Virus record (IMG/VR): IMGVR_UViG_3300046332_000238
Coordinates: 40,720-104,719 of that record
DNA from: a virus
Reading direction: 5' to 3' (one strand)
Length of the DNA stretch: 64,000 nt
The translations under genes and the position numbers were made by a program. Below the pieces are notes generated by a model, which was not told the DNA's origin, ran no database searches, and saw only the letters and a list, made by a program, of their open reading frames with translations. Position 1 is the first letter of the stretch; every line of letters begins with the position of its first letter. Shown here piece after piece: positions 9,422 to 18,641 of the stretch.

Positions 9422-9422
9422 A

Positions 9423-10190
9423 ATGTTCCCATATCTTATACAAGGTAATAATATTGTAGTGGTTATCAATAACAAACCACATACTATTAGCAAGACTCAT
9501 ATTACCTATGAGAAAGTAAAAGAAGCAATCAAAGCAAATGATTGGCAGACTGTTCAAGACATTATCGAACCAAAGAAAATGGTTCTGAATTATGGCAAAG
9601 GCAATGTGTCTATTCAAGGTGAAAAACTGTTCTGGAAAGGTGAGGAATTGCATAACGCAATTGCTACCCGTATGATCCAGATGTTGCAAGATGATTTCCC
9701 CATTGAACCACTGGTTCTGTTTATGGAAAATCTGATGAACAACCCGTCTTATCGTGCAGTAAAAGAATTGTATGGTTTCTTGGAAAAGAATAACCTGCCA
9801 ATTACTCCTGATGGTTGTTTCCTTGCGTACAAAAAAGTGCGTGATGATTACCTTGATTGTTACAGTGGTAAAATGGACAATTCTGTTGGTAAGATTGTTT
9901 CAATGGAACGTAACCAAGTTAATGATGATAAGAACCAAACCTGTTCTTCTGGTTTGCACTTCTGCTCAGAAGGTTATCTGCGCCACTTTGGTGGTGACCG
10001 TATTATGATCCTGAAGATTAATCCTCGTGATGTGGTTAGTATTCCTACCGATTACGATGACTCAAAAGGTCGTGCGTGTATGTATGAGGTTGTTGGTGAA
10101 GTTGGTGTTAGTTCCGAATCATTGGAAGAAACCTTTACTGCACCGGTTCAAGAATACATCATTGACTTTCGTGCTGCTGACGAAATCTAA
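9423..10190 (+). CDS. rIIB: RIIB protein
   Basis: LPITPDGCFLAYKKV, TCSSGLHFC, NPRDVVSIPTDY. Confidence 0.9.
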   Translation: MFPYLIQGNNIVVVINNKPHTISKTHITYEKVKEAIKANDWQTVQDIIEPKKMVLNYGKGNVSIQGEKLFWKGEELHNAIATRMIQMLQDDFPIEPLVLFMENLMNNPSYRAVKELYGFLEKNNLPITPDGCFLAYKKVRDDYLDCYSGKMDNSVGKIVSMERNQVNDDKNQTCSSGLHFCSEGYLRHFGGDRIMILKINPRDVVSIPTDYDDSKGRACMYEVVGEVGVSSESLEETFTAPVQEYIIDFRAADEI

Positions 10191-10201
10191 TAGGAAATAG
10201 A

Positions 10202-11350
10202 ATGAGTTATAATAAAAACCAAAAGGCCTTTATCGAGGCTGCCGAATCTATTTTTGGTATTGGTTCTGTTCTCACTCGTGATGGGATTCAGCACGTTGTT
10301 GAAACTAACGGCGTGCCGTTTCCTTACTGGTTTGTTACCAAGTCCGAATATCGTGATGGTCGTGGGCAATACAAGTTGCCTGACATTGGTACAATCCAAA
10401 AGGGTGTAATACAAGAAAAGGAACCTGAAATGGAAGTGGCATTGTCTGCTCAAGTGTTAACCTTCAAGCAACCAAAACTTGAGGATGAATCTGATATATC
10501 TATACCTGAAAAGTATCCTGATTATGTGCCATTTGGTTTTTATAAAGACCTAATAGATGTTATTAAATCAAATGCTTTTTACCCTGTGTTCATTACTGGA
10601 CTATCTGGTAATGGTAAGACACTTATGGTTGAGCAATCATGTGCAGCATTAGGTCGTGAATGTATCCGTGTTAATATCTCCATTGAGACTGATGAAAGTG
10701 ATCTGCTTGGTGGACCTACTCTAGTTAATGGTAATGTGGTCAACCGTGATGGTCCTGTTATTACTGCAATGAAACGTGGTGCAGTATTGCTGATTGATGA
10801 AGTTGACCGTGGTTCTAATAAGTTGATGTGTCTGCAAGGCATTCTTGAAGGCAAACCTTATTATAACAAAAAGAATGGTGAACTAGTACATCCAAAAAAT
10901 GGTTTCACTATCATTGCAACAGCAAACACTAAAGGTCGTGGTTCAGAAGAAGGTCGTTATCTGTCACAGATTCTTGATGATGCCTTCCTTGAACGTTTTC
11001 CAATTACTGTTGAACAAGAATATCCTGATGTTAAGACAGAGAAGAAGATTCTTTCGCCTCTGATTGACGATAAAGAATTTGTGGATAACCTCGTACAATG
11101 GGCAGATGTGGTTCGTCAGTCATTTGACCAAGGTGCCACTGATGAAATTATTTCTACACGCCGTCTGGTGCATATTGCCAAGGCATTTAAAATCTTTGGT
11201 GATCGCATGAAGGCAATTGAATTGTGCGTAAACCGATTTGATACAGAAACCAAATTAGCATTCTTGGACCTGTACTCAAAAGTGGATGCCAAAGTAGAAG
11301 CACCACAAGCAAAAACAGTAGCACCAAATTACGAAGAAGTCCCATTTTAA
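10202..11350 (+). CDS. MoxR/CbbQ/CobS-like AAA+ ATPase
   Basis: GLSGNGKT, LLIDEVD, ATANTKG.G, ISTRRL. Confidence 0.85.
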   Translation: MSYNKNQKAFIEAAESIFGIGSVLTRDGIQHVVETNGVPFPYWFVTKSEYRDGRGQYKLPDIGTIQKGVIQEKEPEMEVALSAQVLTFKQPKLEDESDISIPEKYPDYVPFGFYKDLIDVIKSNAFYPVFITGLSGNGKTLMVEQSCAALGRECIRVNISIETDESDLLGGPTLVNGNVVNRDGPVITAMKRGAVLLIDEVDRGSNKLMCLQGILEGKPYYNKKNGELVHPKNGFTIIATANTKGRGSEEGRYLSQILDDAFLERFPITVEQEYPDVKTEKKILSPLIDDKEFVDNLVQWADVVRQSFDQGATDEIISTRRLVHIAKAFKIFGDRMKAIELCVNRFDTETKLAFLDLYSKVDAKVEAPQAKTVAPNYEEVPF

Positions 11351-11368
11351 TTGATAAGGAAATATATT

Positions 11369-11701
11369 ATGAGCAATGCAGTACGCAAAGGCAAACAAAA
11401 CCGTCACGAGAAAATCACCGTAACCCTGTTGTCAGGCAAACCGGTTTCACCTGATGAAATCAAATCATGTTTTACTGGCACAGACCAAGAATCGGTTCTG
11501 TATCGATTGTCCACTAATATCTATAACATTCGTCTTGATGGTGGTATCATCAAAGTAATTAAAGAAGGTCGTAAGGTTACTGGATATCAATTGGTGAACC
11601 ATACAGAGTTTGATAAGAATGGTCGTTATGTTGGTCCAGTTGTTACACAAGCACCAGCACCTGTTGCAGATGTTACACCAGAGGTGGAATCAGTTGAATA
11701 A
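11369..11701 (+). CDS. hypothetical protein (possible winged helix)
   Basis: AAGGA RBS before ATG 11369. Confidence 0.7.
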   Translation: MSNAVRKGKQNRHEKITVTLLSGKPVSPDEIKSCFTGTDQESVLYRLSTNIYNIRLDGGIIKVIKEGRKVTGYQLVNHTEFDKNGRYVGPVVTQAPAPVADVTPEVESVE

Positions 11702-11915
11702 ACGAGAGAGAGATAATACAAGATTTCTAATAACATCCGATTTAACTGCTCTTGCTGCATGGATTGACCAAGCAACTAATGACGATATTAAATATGCCCT
11801 CGAATTGGCAAACACAGTACGATCAGAAATAGAAATCTATGAAATGGATCTTCAAGATGAAGTTGAAGATTTTACTGAAGCAAAATCGATTATTGATAGG
11901 ATTAAAAATGTTTAG
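11694..11915 (+). CDS. hypothetical protein
   Basis: likely TTG start after GAGGT; frame of track ORF 11610..11915. Confidence 0.55.
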   Translation: MNKRERDNTRFLITSDLTALAAWIDQATNDDIKYALELANTVRSEIEIYEMDLQDEVEDFTEAKSIIDRIKNV

Positions 11916-12093
11916 AAAATTTGCTAGTTGGATGAATGAAAATAATTCACAAGTTTCCTGGTTCTTCATTGGTTACTTCATCAGTGAAGTATTTTCCTCT
12001 CTGTTAAAAGGTGACTATGTATGGGCTGCATGGTCGTTTGCCATAGTGATTATGAATTACATTGGTCGTAAACCTTGGGTTAGTTTGAATTGA
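11908..12093 (+). CDS. small membrane protein
   Basis: two hydrophobic segments. Confidence 0.6.
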   Translation: MFRKFASWMNENNSQVSWFFIGYFISEVFSSLLKGDYVWAAWSFAIVIMNYIGRKPWVSLN

Positions 12094-12143
12094 TGTTGCA
12101 GTAAAACAACAATGGTTGCCATTAACGGTGGCCATGATATAAT
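12094..12143 (+). promoter_or_regulatory. early promoter with TGTTG-N8-CAACA palindrome
   Basis: TGTTG 12094-12098, CAACA 12107-12111, TTGCCA 12116-12121, 16 nt, TATAAT 12138-12143. Confidence 0.8.
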
Positions 12144-12172
12144 GGTCACATAAACTGTTAAAAGGAGATAGT

Positions 12173-12634
12173 ATGGCAACCCGTTCCGCAATTGGTATCG
12201 TTCGTGATGGTAAGATCGAAGGTGTATATTGTCACTGGGATGGTTATCCTGAACACCATGGTCACATCCTGTTGAATTATTATGATGAGAATAAGACCAA
12301 TGAACTAATGAATCACGGTTCACTTTCAGTGCTAGGACCAAATATTGGTGTCAAGCGTCACTTTAGTAATCCATATCCTTGGGGTACTCCTGCATATATT
12401 GCCGAAGAAGCATTGCATGAAGATACCTGTACATTTTATGGACGAGATCGTGGTGATGAAAATACGGCCTCGAAAACTTTTGATAGTGTTTCAGAATTTA
12501 TGGATTATTACAGTGCCAGTGGTTCGGAATATTATTATCTTTTTAAAGAAGGCACTTGGTATTTGTTGCGTAATCCAGAAGAACTGGTTCCGTTGAATAA
12601 GATTGTTCCTAATGTTCGTGATGATTTAAAATAA
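12173..12634 (+). CDS. conserved phage protein (MATRS...YCHWDGYP family)
   Basis: family motif; AAGGAG RBS. Confidence 0.8.
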   Translation: MATRSAIGIVRDGKIEGVYCHWDGYPEHHGHILLNYYDENKTNELMNHGSLSVLGPNIGVKRHFSNPYPWGTPAYIAEEALHEDTCTFYGRDRGDENTASKTFDSVSEFMDYYSASGSEYYYLFKEGTWYLLRNPEELVPLNKIVPNVRDDLK

Positions 12635-12643
12635 GGATATATT

Positions 12644-12982
12644 ATGTTAGAATTGTATCGTGGTTTGGTTGATATTATCGTTTCAAATTGCCGTGTACTA
12701 GAAGCAGATTTGATTCAACATATCCGCCGTGATGTAACAGCCAAAACTATTGCACCTAATACATTTGGTGTTTGTGGTTTTTGGAATTTGATGCTTGAAA
12801 TAATTTTTGTAATGTTTGCAAAGATCACATTTGTTCTTGGTATTACTTTGACTAGTGTTTTGGCCATTCTATTCTTTCCATTGAATGCTTTTATTCGTGC
12901 TTGTGCTACTGTATTCCGTACCAGTTCAGGTGAAATATATACATTGCCCGTTGAAAAAGAAACGAAACCTAAGGTGAAGTAA
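12644..12982 (+). CDS. hypothetical membrane protein
   Basis: AAGGA RBS, hydrophobic core. Confidence 0.7.
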   Translation: MLELYRGLVDIIVSNCRVLEADLIQHIRRDVTAKTIAPNTFGVCGFWNLMLEIIFVMFAKITFVLGITLTSVLAILFFPLNAFIRACATVFRTSSGEIYTLPVEKETKPKVK

Positions 12983-13359
12983 TGGCCATAACTAATCCAT
13001 GGAGTGTTAATGGTGTAATACAAGACGATTATTCCTCAGCTTCTAGAGGTAGAATTGCTGACTTACCATATCCTGTTGAACATATTATTAATGGTAAAAT
13101 GTTGATTGCTTCATATTCAATCATGGAATATAAATTTAGTGATCGCATACACATTGCTGGCCAGAAACAGACTGAAGATGAGATTAAAGATGAATTGTTG
13201 ATGTTGTTGGTGAATGAAATGAAGAAATCAAACTTTATTGAATACACACGACAAATAGATATATTATCAGGTGCTGTTAATTTCAAAGCAAGAATATTTG
13301 TGACACCTAACGATCAGGTAAGACTTATAAGAGAAATAGAACAGAGGAAAACAAAATGA
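12982..13359 (+). CDS. hypothetical protein
   Basis: TAATG coupling. Confidence 0.7.
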   Translation: MAITNPWSVNGVIQDDYSSASRGRIADLPYPVEHIINGKMLIASYSIMEYKFSDRIHIAGQKQTEDEIKDELLMLLVNEMKKSNFIEYTRQIDILSGAVNFKARIFVTPNDQVRLIREIEQRKTK

Positions 13360-13362
13360 AAA

Positions 13363-14022
13363 TTAATATAAAATACACCAATTTTTATATGTCCTTCCTT
13401 TGTTAATAATTTCAGAAACACCACTTTTGTTTATATTGTAACATTTATAAAATACCCATCGAGTGCATTTTATTAATTCACCAGTTTGTATATTGAAAAA
13501 ACTATAAACTAAATTATCGAAACGTGAATTATTTTTAAAACTGTTATTTTTTAATTTGGCTTTTTCTGAACGAATTAATTTTAATTTATCCGACTTTTCT
13601 TTACCATATAATTCTTCGTATGATTTATTTTTGAATTTTTTTATTGCATTTTCTGATAATTTTTTCTTAACTTCGTTCGTGTGTGTTTTCCCGAACATAC
13701 CATTTAATTCACCACACAATGTTGGACCCCTTTTTCCACCTGGAACTGTATTATAACCACCAACAATTGAATCATATTCACTGATGAAATAAGATTCCAT
13801 AACATTTAGTGTATGGTCTTTTTCTTTAGATTGATATAATACTTCCCATATAAAATTATTCCATCCATATTTTTTTATGGCATTATAGAATTTTATATTG
13901 TTTTCTTTTTCTGATTCTCGTTTGTGGTCGGTTTTTCTTTTTGGCCAATGCGAATCAAAACCTATGTATCGTTGTTTTGTTACAACATTGTAAGCGGAAT
14001 AGATTGAATATATAGTTGACAC
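13363..14022 (-). CDS. GIY-YIG homing endonuclease (Seg-like, NUMOD3)
   Basis: IYSIY...YIG, E..FI.EY...GYN...GG, NGMFGKTHT; antisense to the operon; very AT-rich. Confidence 0.85.
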   Translation of the reverse strand: MSTIYSIYSAYNVVTKQRYIGFDSHWPKRKTDHKRESEKENNIKFYNAIKKYGWNNFIWEVLYQSKEKDHTLNVMESYFISEYDSIVGGYNTVPGGKRGPTLCGELNGMFGKTHTNEVKKKLSENAIKKFKNKSYEELYGKEKSDKLKLIRSEKAKLKNNSFKNNSRFDNLVYSFFNIQTGELIKCTRWVFYKCYNINKSGVSEIINKGRTYKNWCILY

Positions 14023-14044
14023 AGCTGTGTCCTTGTGATATAAT
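14016..14044 (+). promoter_or_regulatory. consensus sigma70 promoter embedded in the endonuclease start/leader
   Basis: TTGACA 14016-14021, 17 nt, extended TGn-TATAAT 14039-14044. Confidence 0.8.
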
Positions 14045-14097
14045 TTGACATAGAGTGAGTAGATGTTGACGCATCGTGACTCACATCCCTATTTATA
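14023..14097 (-). ncRNA. conserved structured leader, copy 1 (late promoter + two hairpins)
   Basis: TATAAATA gggat GTGAGT cac GATG cgtcaa CATC t ACTCAC tcta TGTC...GACA cagct GTG; compensatory changes relative to copies 2 and 3. Confidence 0.7.
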
Positions 14098-14113
14098 TAT
14101 TATGGAGAGTATT

Positions 14114-15085
14114 ATGTCTCAGAAAGGTAAAAAGGTCGGAAGCTTGCGTATTGCAATTGCTTCCGACCTGTAGCTGCATTTGGAGTTTGGTGACCTTGAT
14201 TTGCATAATACAGATAATGCTGATGTGCTGATTCTTGGTGGTGATATTTTTGTCGCTAACGACCTTGTGAGTCTTGAAGATTCCATTGAAATTGCAAAAC
14301 TGGTACCAACACGAGCTCGTTTTCGTGCAGAGAAATTTTTTGATTTTGTAAAACGTTGCAGTGATCGGTTCCCTAAAGTAATTTTGATTGCTGGTAATCA
14401 TGAACATTATCATGGTGAGTTTCAGGATACATACAAAACAATCAAGAAAACCTTTAAAGAATTTACCAATGTGTATGTCTTGGATAAAGAATCGGTAGAA
14501 CTTGATGGCACCATTTTTGTTGGTGGTACATTGTGGACTGATATGAACAAAGAAGATCCAATGACCATTCATGCAATTTCTGGTATGATGAATGACTTTA
14601 ATTGTGTAACAAATGGCATAACACACCGTAAAGTGCCACTGTATAAAAAAGATGCATCGGGTGAATACATCATTGATGATAAACGTATTGGTTACATCGT
14701 AGATGGTTTTAAAATGAAAGAAGAACCTGCTAGATTTACTCCTAACCATGCGGTGGAAGACCACAAACAATTTCTTCAATATTTGAAACTAGTAATGGAA
14801 AATAACACAGATAAAAAACCTGTTGTTGTTTGTTCTCACCATGCACCAAGTCGTCGCAGCACACATCCAAGGTATGCAGGACAAACCCTGATGAATGGTG
14901 GATATAGTTCTGAATTGGACGAGTTCATTATGGATAGGCCAGATATCAAACTCTGGACTCATGGACATACACATGAACCTTTTGATTATATGGTTGGTGA
15001 TACTCGTATCGTTTGCAATCCTCGCGGGTATAAAAATCATGAAAAGAGTGCAGATTATTTTGAGTTAAAATTTGTTGAAATTTAA
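14114..15085 (+). CDS. calcineurin-like metallophosphoesterase interrupted by an in-frame TAG at 14171-14173 (candidate ribosomal hop)
   Basis: GGAG RBS + ATG 14114; SDL*LHLEF, GD, GNHE, HH, GHTH motifs; the track ORF from 14180 lacks the DxH motif. Confidence 0.85.
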
Positions 15086-15094
15086 GGAGATAAA

Positions 15095-15547
15095 ATGAGT
15101 GTTACAATTAAGAATTTAGAAGCAGCATTTGCTGGTGAGAGTCAAGCACATACCAAGTACCGATATTTTGCTAAGATGGCAAGAGCACAAGGATTTGAAG
15201 ATGTTGCAAAACATTTTGAACATACAGCAGAACAAGAACTACTTCATGCGTGGGGTCATTTGGAATTACTGATTGGTAAACCAGATGTTAAACAGTGTCT
15301 TGAAATGGCCATTGAAGGTGAGACACACGAGTTCACTACAATGTATCCTACAATGCAATCAGAAGCAATTGCAGAAGGTGATGAATTTGCTGCGAAAGAA
15401 GCAGCAGATCAAATTTTAGAAAGTAAAGAACACGCAGAACAATTTGCAACAGTTCTTGCTAAGGCAGAAAAACGTTTTAATGCTTTGAAGAAAGTAGAAC
15501 AACGTCACGCAGAAGCTTACACAAAAGTATTGGAGAATGTAAAATGA
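15095..15547 (+). CDS. rbr: rubrerythrin (diiron ferritin-like domain)
   Basis: NLEAAFAGES.A..KY, E..HA, AIEGE..E...MYP, E..H. Confidence 0.9.
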   Translation: MSVTIKNLEAAFAGESQAHTKYRYFAKMARAQGFEDVAKHFEHTAEQELLHAWGHLELLIGKPDVKQCLEMAIEGETHEFTTMYPTMQSEAIAEGDEFAAKEAADQILESKEHAEQFATVLAKAEKRFNALKKVEQRHAEAYTKVLENVK

Positions 15548-15678
15548 GCGAAACACATGTATGTGTAGTATGTGGTCATGAACATGATGATCTAGTAGAG
15601 GGTGCATGGGGTACATTACCTGACGACTTTACTTGTCCTGAATGTGGTTGTGGTAAGGAAGAATACGAGTCAATTTAA
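15544..15678 (+). CDS. rubredoxin (44 aa, not in track)
   Basis: CVVCGH...LPDDFTCPECG; ATGA overlap with rubrerythrin. Confidence 0.9.
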   Translation: MSETHVCVVCGHEHDDLVEGAWGTLPDDFTCPECGCGKEEYESI

Positions 15679-16028
15679 TGTCCAAAAAATTATATCTTGT
15701 TGAAACTATTTCCACATTCCGTATTCGTTATGTGGTTGAAGCAAAAGAAGAAGGTCATGCTGAAGATGAAGTCACTATGTCTGATGCTGACTTTTATGAA
15801 TTCTCACAGAAACATATTGATGAATCGATTACATCAACCCGTGAATTAAGTAGGATTGAATATCTTGATCTTTTTGATAAAGACAATGAGTATCTTTCTA
15901 AATGGGACGATGAATCTAAAATGAAGTTCATCAATAAGATTAATTATGATGAAGATGATGGTAACGTAAATCTTCCTCCTACTGAATGTGAGTTTGATGA
16001 AATTGAAGAAGCAATGAAGAACGTATGA
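15678..16028 (+). CDS. hypothetical acidic protein
   Basis: TAATG coupling. Confidence 0.75.
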   Translation: MSKKLYLVETISTFRIRYVVEAKEEGHAEDEVTMSDADFYEFSQKHIDESITSTRELSRIEYLDLFDKDNEYLSKWDDESKMKFINKINYDEDDGNVNLPPTECEFDEIEEAMKNV

Positions 16029-16873
16029 AGAAAATATTTATAACTGGTATCAATGGTTATATTGGTCAACACCTCTACCATCTGTTAAAGGATGAGTATG
16101 AGGTGTTTGGCTTGGATATTACACCTGTTGATGATGTTAATCTTTTTCAGTCGGATATTCGACATTGGATACCAGATTATATATTTTCTTTGGCTGATAT
16201 GCCAAATGAATTCGATGCAGTCATTCATTTGGCTGCATTGATTCGTGTAAGTGAATCAGTAGTAAAACCTATTGAGTATTATGAAACTAATATCATGGGC
16301 ACCATCAATGCACTGAGTTGCATTAAGACAAAAAACTTTATTCTTGCATCTACTGGTGCAGCAGAAAACCCAATTAATCCATATAGTATCTCGAAGTTGG
16401 CCGCAGAAAGTATTGTTAAACAGTATTGTGCCAGTAAAGATATTGACTATACTATTTTTAGATTCTATAATGTAATTGGATCAAACGGATTCTTACCAAC
16501 AAATGTTGATGGTCTGATGTATAACCTAATCAAGGCAAAAGAGACAGGTATATTTAATCTTTTTGGTCATCAATATGATACAGAAGATGGTACAGCAATT
16601 CGGGACTATATTCATGTAATGGAAATCTGTCACGCAATTAAATTGGCAATTGAAACTCCTGCGAACACTGAGGTAGAAAACCTGGGTACAGGCCTAGGAC
16701 ATTCCGTATTTGATATTGTTAATCGTTTTATGATTGTAAACAATTGTGATATTCAGGTAAACTTTAAACCTGCTCGGGCAGGTGACTTACCTGCAACAGT
16801 ATTAAAAAATGTCTCGCCATACATGAAAAAATATTATACAATAGACGAAATGTTACGATTGGAGAATACATGA
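16025..16873 (+). CDS. NAD-dependent epimerase (GalE-like extended SDR)
   Basis: TGxxGxIG, HLAA, YxxSK, RFYNV.G, DGT.IRDYIHV. Confidence 0.9.
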   Translation: MKKIFITGINGYIGQHLYHLLKDEYEVFGLDITPVDDVNLFQSDIRHWIPDYIFSLADMPNEFDAVIHLAALIRVSESVVKPIEYYETNIMGTINALSCIKTKNFILASTGAAENPINPYSISKLAAESIVKQYCASKDIDYTIFRFYNVIGSNGFLPTNVDGLMYNLIKAKETGIFNLFGHQYDTEDGTAIRDYIHVMEICHAIKLAIETPANTEVENLGTGLGHSVFDIVNRFMIVNNCDIQVNFKPARAGDLPATVLKNVSPYMKKYYTIDEMLRLENT

Positions 16874-17070
16874 AATATCTTATTGGTTTTATTGGTGGTG
16901 TTTTGCTTTCAATTGGATTGGTAGCTAACGCTGGTTTCTTTGGTTCAGCAGTTGGTGGTGCTGTGGGTGGTGCAATTGGAACATCTGGTGTTGAATCAAA
17001 AATTGATACAATTAATGCTCGTATTGAAGCATTGACAAGAGCATTGGATAGTGTTAAGGTGTGCAAATGA
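16870..17070 (+). CDS. small glycine-zipper membrane protein
   Basis: GSAVGGAVGGAIG after a signal-like segment. Confidence 0.65.
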   Translation: MKYLIGFIGGVLLSIGLVANAGFFGSAVGGAVGGAIGTSGVESKIDTINARIEALTRALDSVKVCK

Positions 17071-17753
17071 AAGTAAATATCGGACCTTATACAACTTGGA
17101 TAGGACCGTATCAGATTGCGGAAAAGATACTATTCTGGATGGACAAAGACAATGATGACCGAGTTCATAACTTTGGTCGTTGGTTGTCGGGTGGTAAAGA
17201 GAAAGATTCTCTGTTACAAAAATTATGTGTTTGGATTGAATCCAAGAAAAAACGTAAAATTAAAGTAGATATTCATGGTTATGATGTGTGGAGTATGGAT
17301 TCCACATTATCTCTTATCGTTCTTCCTATGTTACAAGAACTTCAAAAGGTGAAACATGGTTCACCAATGGTTGATGCAGAAGATGTTCCTGAGTTTCTTA
17401 GAATGACTGGTCATGAAGATTGGTCACACCAAATGGAATTCAAATTTGAAGATCATGAACAGTATGAAAAAGATTCATGGGAAATCAATATGCATCGTTG
17501 GGATTGGGTTCTTGAAGAATTGATTTGGACATTCAAACAATTACAACCTGATTATGATTGGGACGATATGTATCGTTCAGGTGAAATGGACATTCAATGG
17601 TTAGATGATCCAAGTAACTCCAACTACAAAATCATGTCTCACGGACCTAATCATACATATAAAGTTGATGATGAAGGTATGAAAAAACATCAAGACCGTA
17701 TCAACAATGGTTTGAGATTGTTCGGTAAATATTATCAAAATCTTTGGGACTAA
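17067..17753 (+). CDS. conserved phage hypothetical protein
   Basis: D.WSMD.TL..I..PML...K..KHG.P; GL.LFGKYY..LWD. Confidence 0.8.
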   Translation: MKVNIGPYTTWIGPYQIAEKILFWMDKDNDDRVHNFGRWLSGGKEKDSLLQKLCVWIESKKKRKIKVDIHGYDVWSMDSTLSLIVLPMLQELQKVKHGSPMVDAEDVPEFLRMTGHEDWSHQMEFKFEDHEQYEKDSWEINMHRWDWVLEELIWTFKQLQPDYDWDDMYRSGEMDIQWLDDPSNSNYKIMSHGPNHTYKVDDEGMKKHQDRINNGLRLFGKYYQNLWD

Positions 17754-17755
17754 TC

Positions 17756-17923
17756 ATGGCAAAATTTAAACAAGTAAAACTTATATTCACCGCAGAAATT
17801 ATGATGAATAGTAATGACACATTGGATGTTGAAGCATTGCAGACTGAATTGATTGATGCCCTAGATACAGTGAACAATAATCAATTTCTTGTAGCAGAAG
17901 AACAACTTATTATTAAAGGTTAA
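17756..17923 (+). CDS. hypothetical protein (55 aa, not in track)
   Basis: MAKFKQVKLIFTAEI...; fills the gap exactly. Confidence 0.6.
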   Translation: MAKFKQVKLIFTAEIMMNSNDTLDVEALQTELIDALDTVNNNQFLVAEEQLIIKG

Positions 17924-17925
17924 TT

Positions 17926-18399
17926 ATGACATTGAAACATCATGCAGAACGTGAATTGGATATTATTGGAATGACAGAAGATTCTGTGGAAATGGATGCT
18001 GCGATGCGTAATCACATCCTTCATATGATTGATGAATTTTCTAAAGAAGGACATTCTGGATTCTCCGCATCATATGCTATTAGTATATTATCTAAACTTA
18101 TGAGATATGAACCATTGACACCACTAACAGGTGAAGATTCCGAATGGATGGAAATTGCTAAAGAACAGACTGGTTCTAATCAAGGCACACTATACCAAAA
18201 TAAACGAGCAAGTCATGTATTCAAAGATGATACTGGTGCATATGATATCAATGGCAAAGTATTTGTCGAATGGCGGCAAGACAAAGAAACAGGTGAAGAT
18301 TATTCCTCATCATATACAAGCAAAGATTCTCGTGTACCTGTAACTTTCCCATACACACCACATACAGATTATGTTAATAAAGGTTTTGTAGAAGAATGA
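17926..18399 (+). CDS. conserved phage hypothetical protein
   Basis: FS.EGHSGFSA, PLTPLTGEDSEW, YQNKR. Confidence 0.8.
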   Translation: MTLKHHAERELDIIGMTEDSVEMDAAMRNHILHMIDEFSKEGHSGFSASYAISILSKLMRYEPLTPLTGEDSEWMEIAKEQTGSNQGTLYQNKRASHVFKDDTGAYDINGKVFVEWRQDKETGEDYSSSYTSKDSRVPVTFPYTPHTDYVNKGFVEE

Positions 18400-18641
18400 T
18401 TTCTCTCATACACTTTATAAGTTCTTCCAAACTACTCAAAGAGTCCGAAAAGACGGTAGTGATGTTGGGTGGTGAAGATGAAGCACCGGAGATGGTGCGA
18501 GCACAGCGTGACTTCTATCGTTTAGAAGTTGATTATTATAGGGTAGAAGCAATCAAATTTGGTTTCTTTTGTGCCGGTGTTGTATTGAGTGCATACCCAA
18601 TTTATTTGTTATGGAGATTATTTAATGGCATACTTGCTTAA
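18396..18641 (+). CDS. hypothetical membrane protein
   Basis: ATGA overlap; C-terminal TM. Confidence 0.65.
   Translation: MISLIHFISSSKLLKESEKTVVMLGGEDEAPEMVRAQRDFYRLEVDYYRVEAIKFGFFCAGVVLSAYPIYLLWRLFNGILA

Noticed and set aside
13363-14022. Group I intron around the GIY-YIG genes
   Set aside because: Flanking genes appear complete, the endonucleases are free-standing, and no intron core elements were recognised
14023-14097. Hammerhead or HDV-like ribozyme identity for the conserved leader
   Set aside because: No CUGANGA/GAAA core, and no nested double pseudoknot consistent in all three copies by eye; left unassigned
14171-14173. Genome-wide TAG reassignment or simple amber readthrough
   Set aside because: TAG ends normal genes here (7148, 49938, 26510), other genes are not fragmented, no suppressor tRNA is seen, and readthrough would give DLxLH rather than DxH
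14093-14779. 228-aa minus-strand ORF
   Set aside because: Antisense shadow of the metallophosphoesterase with no recognisable motifs
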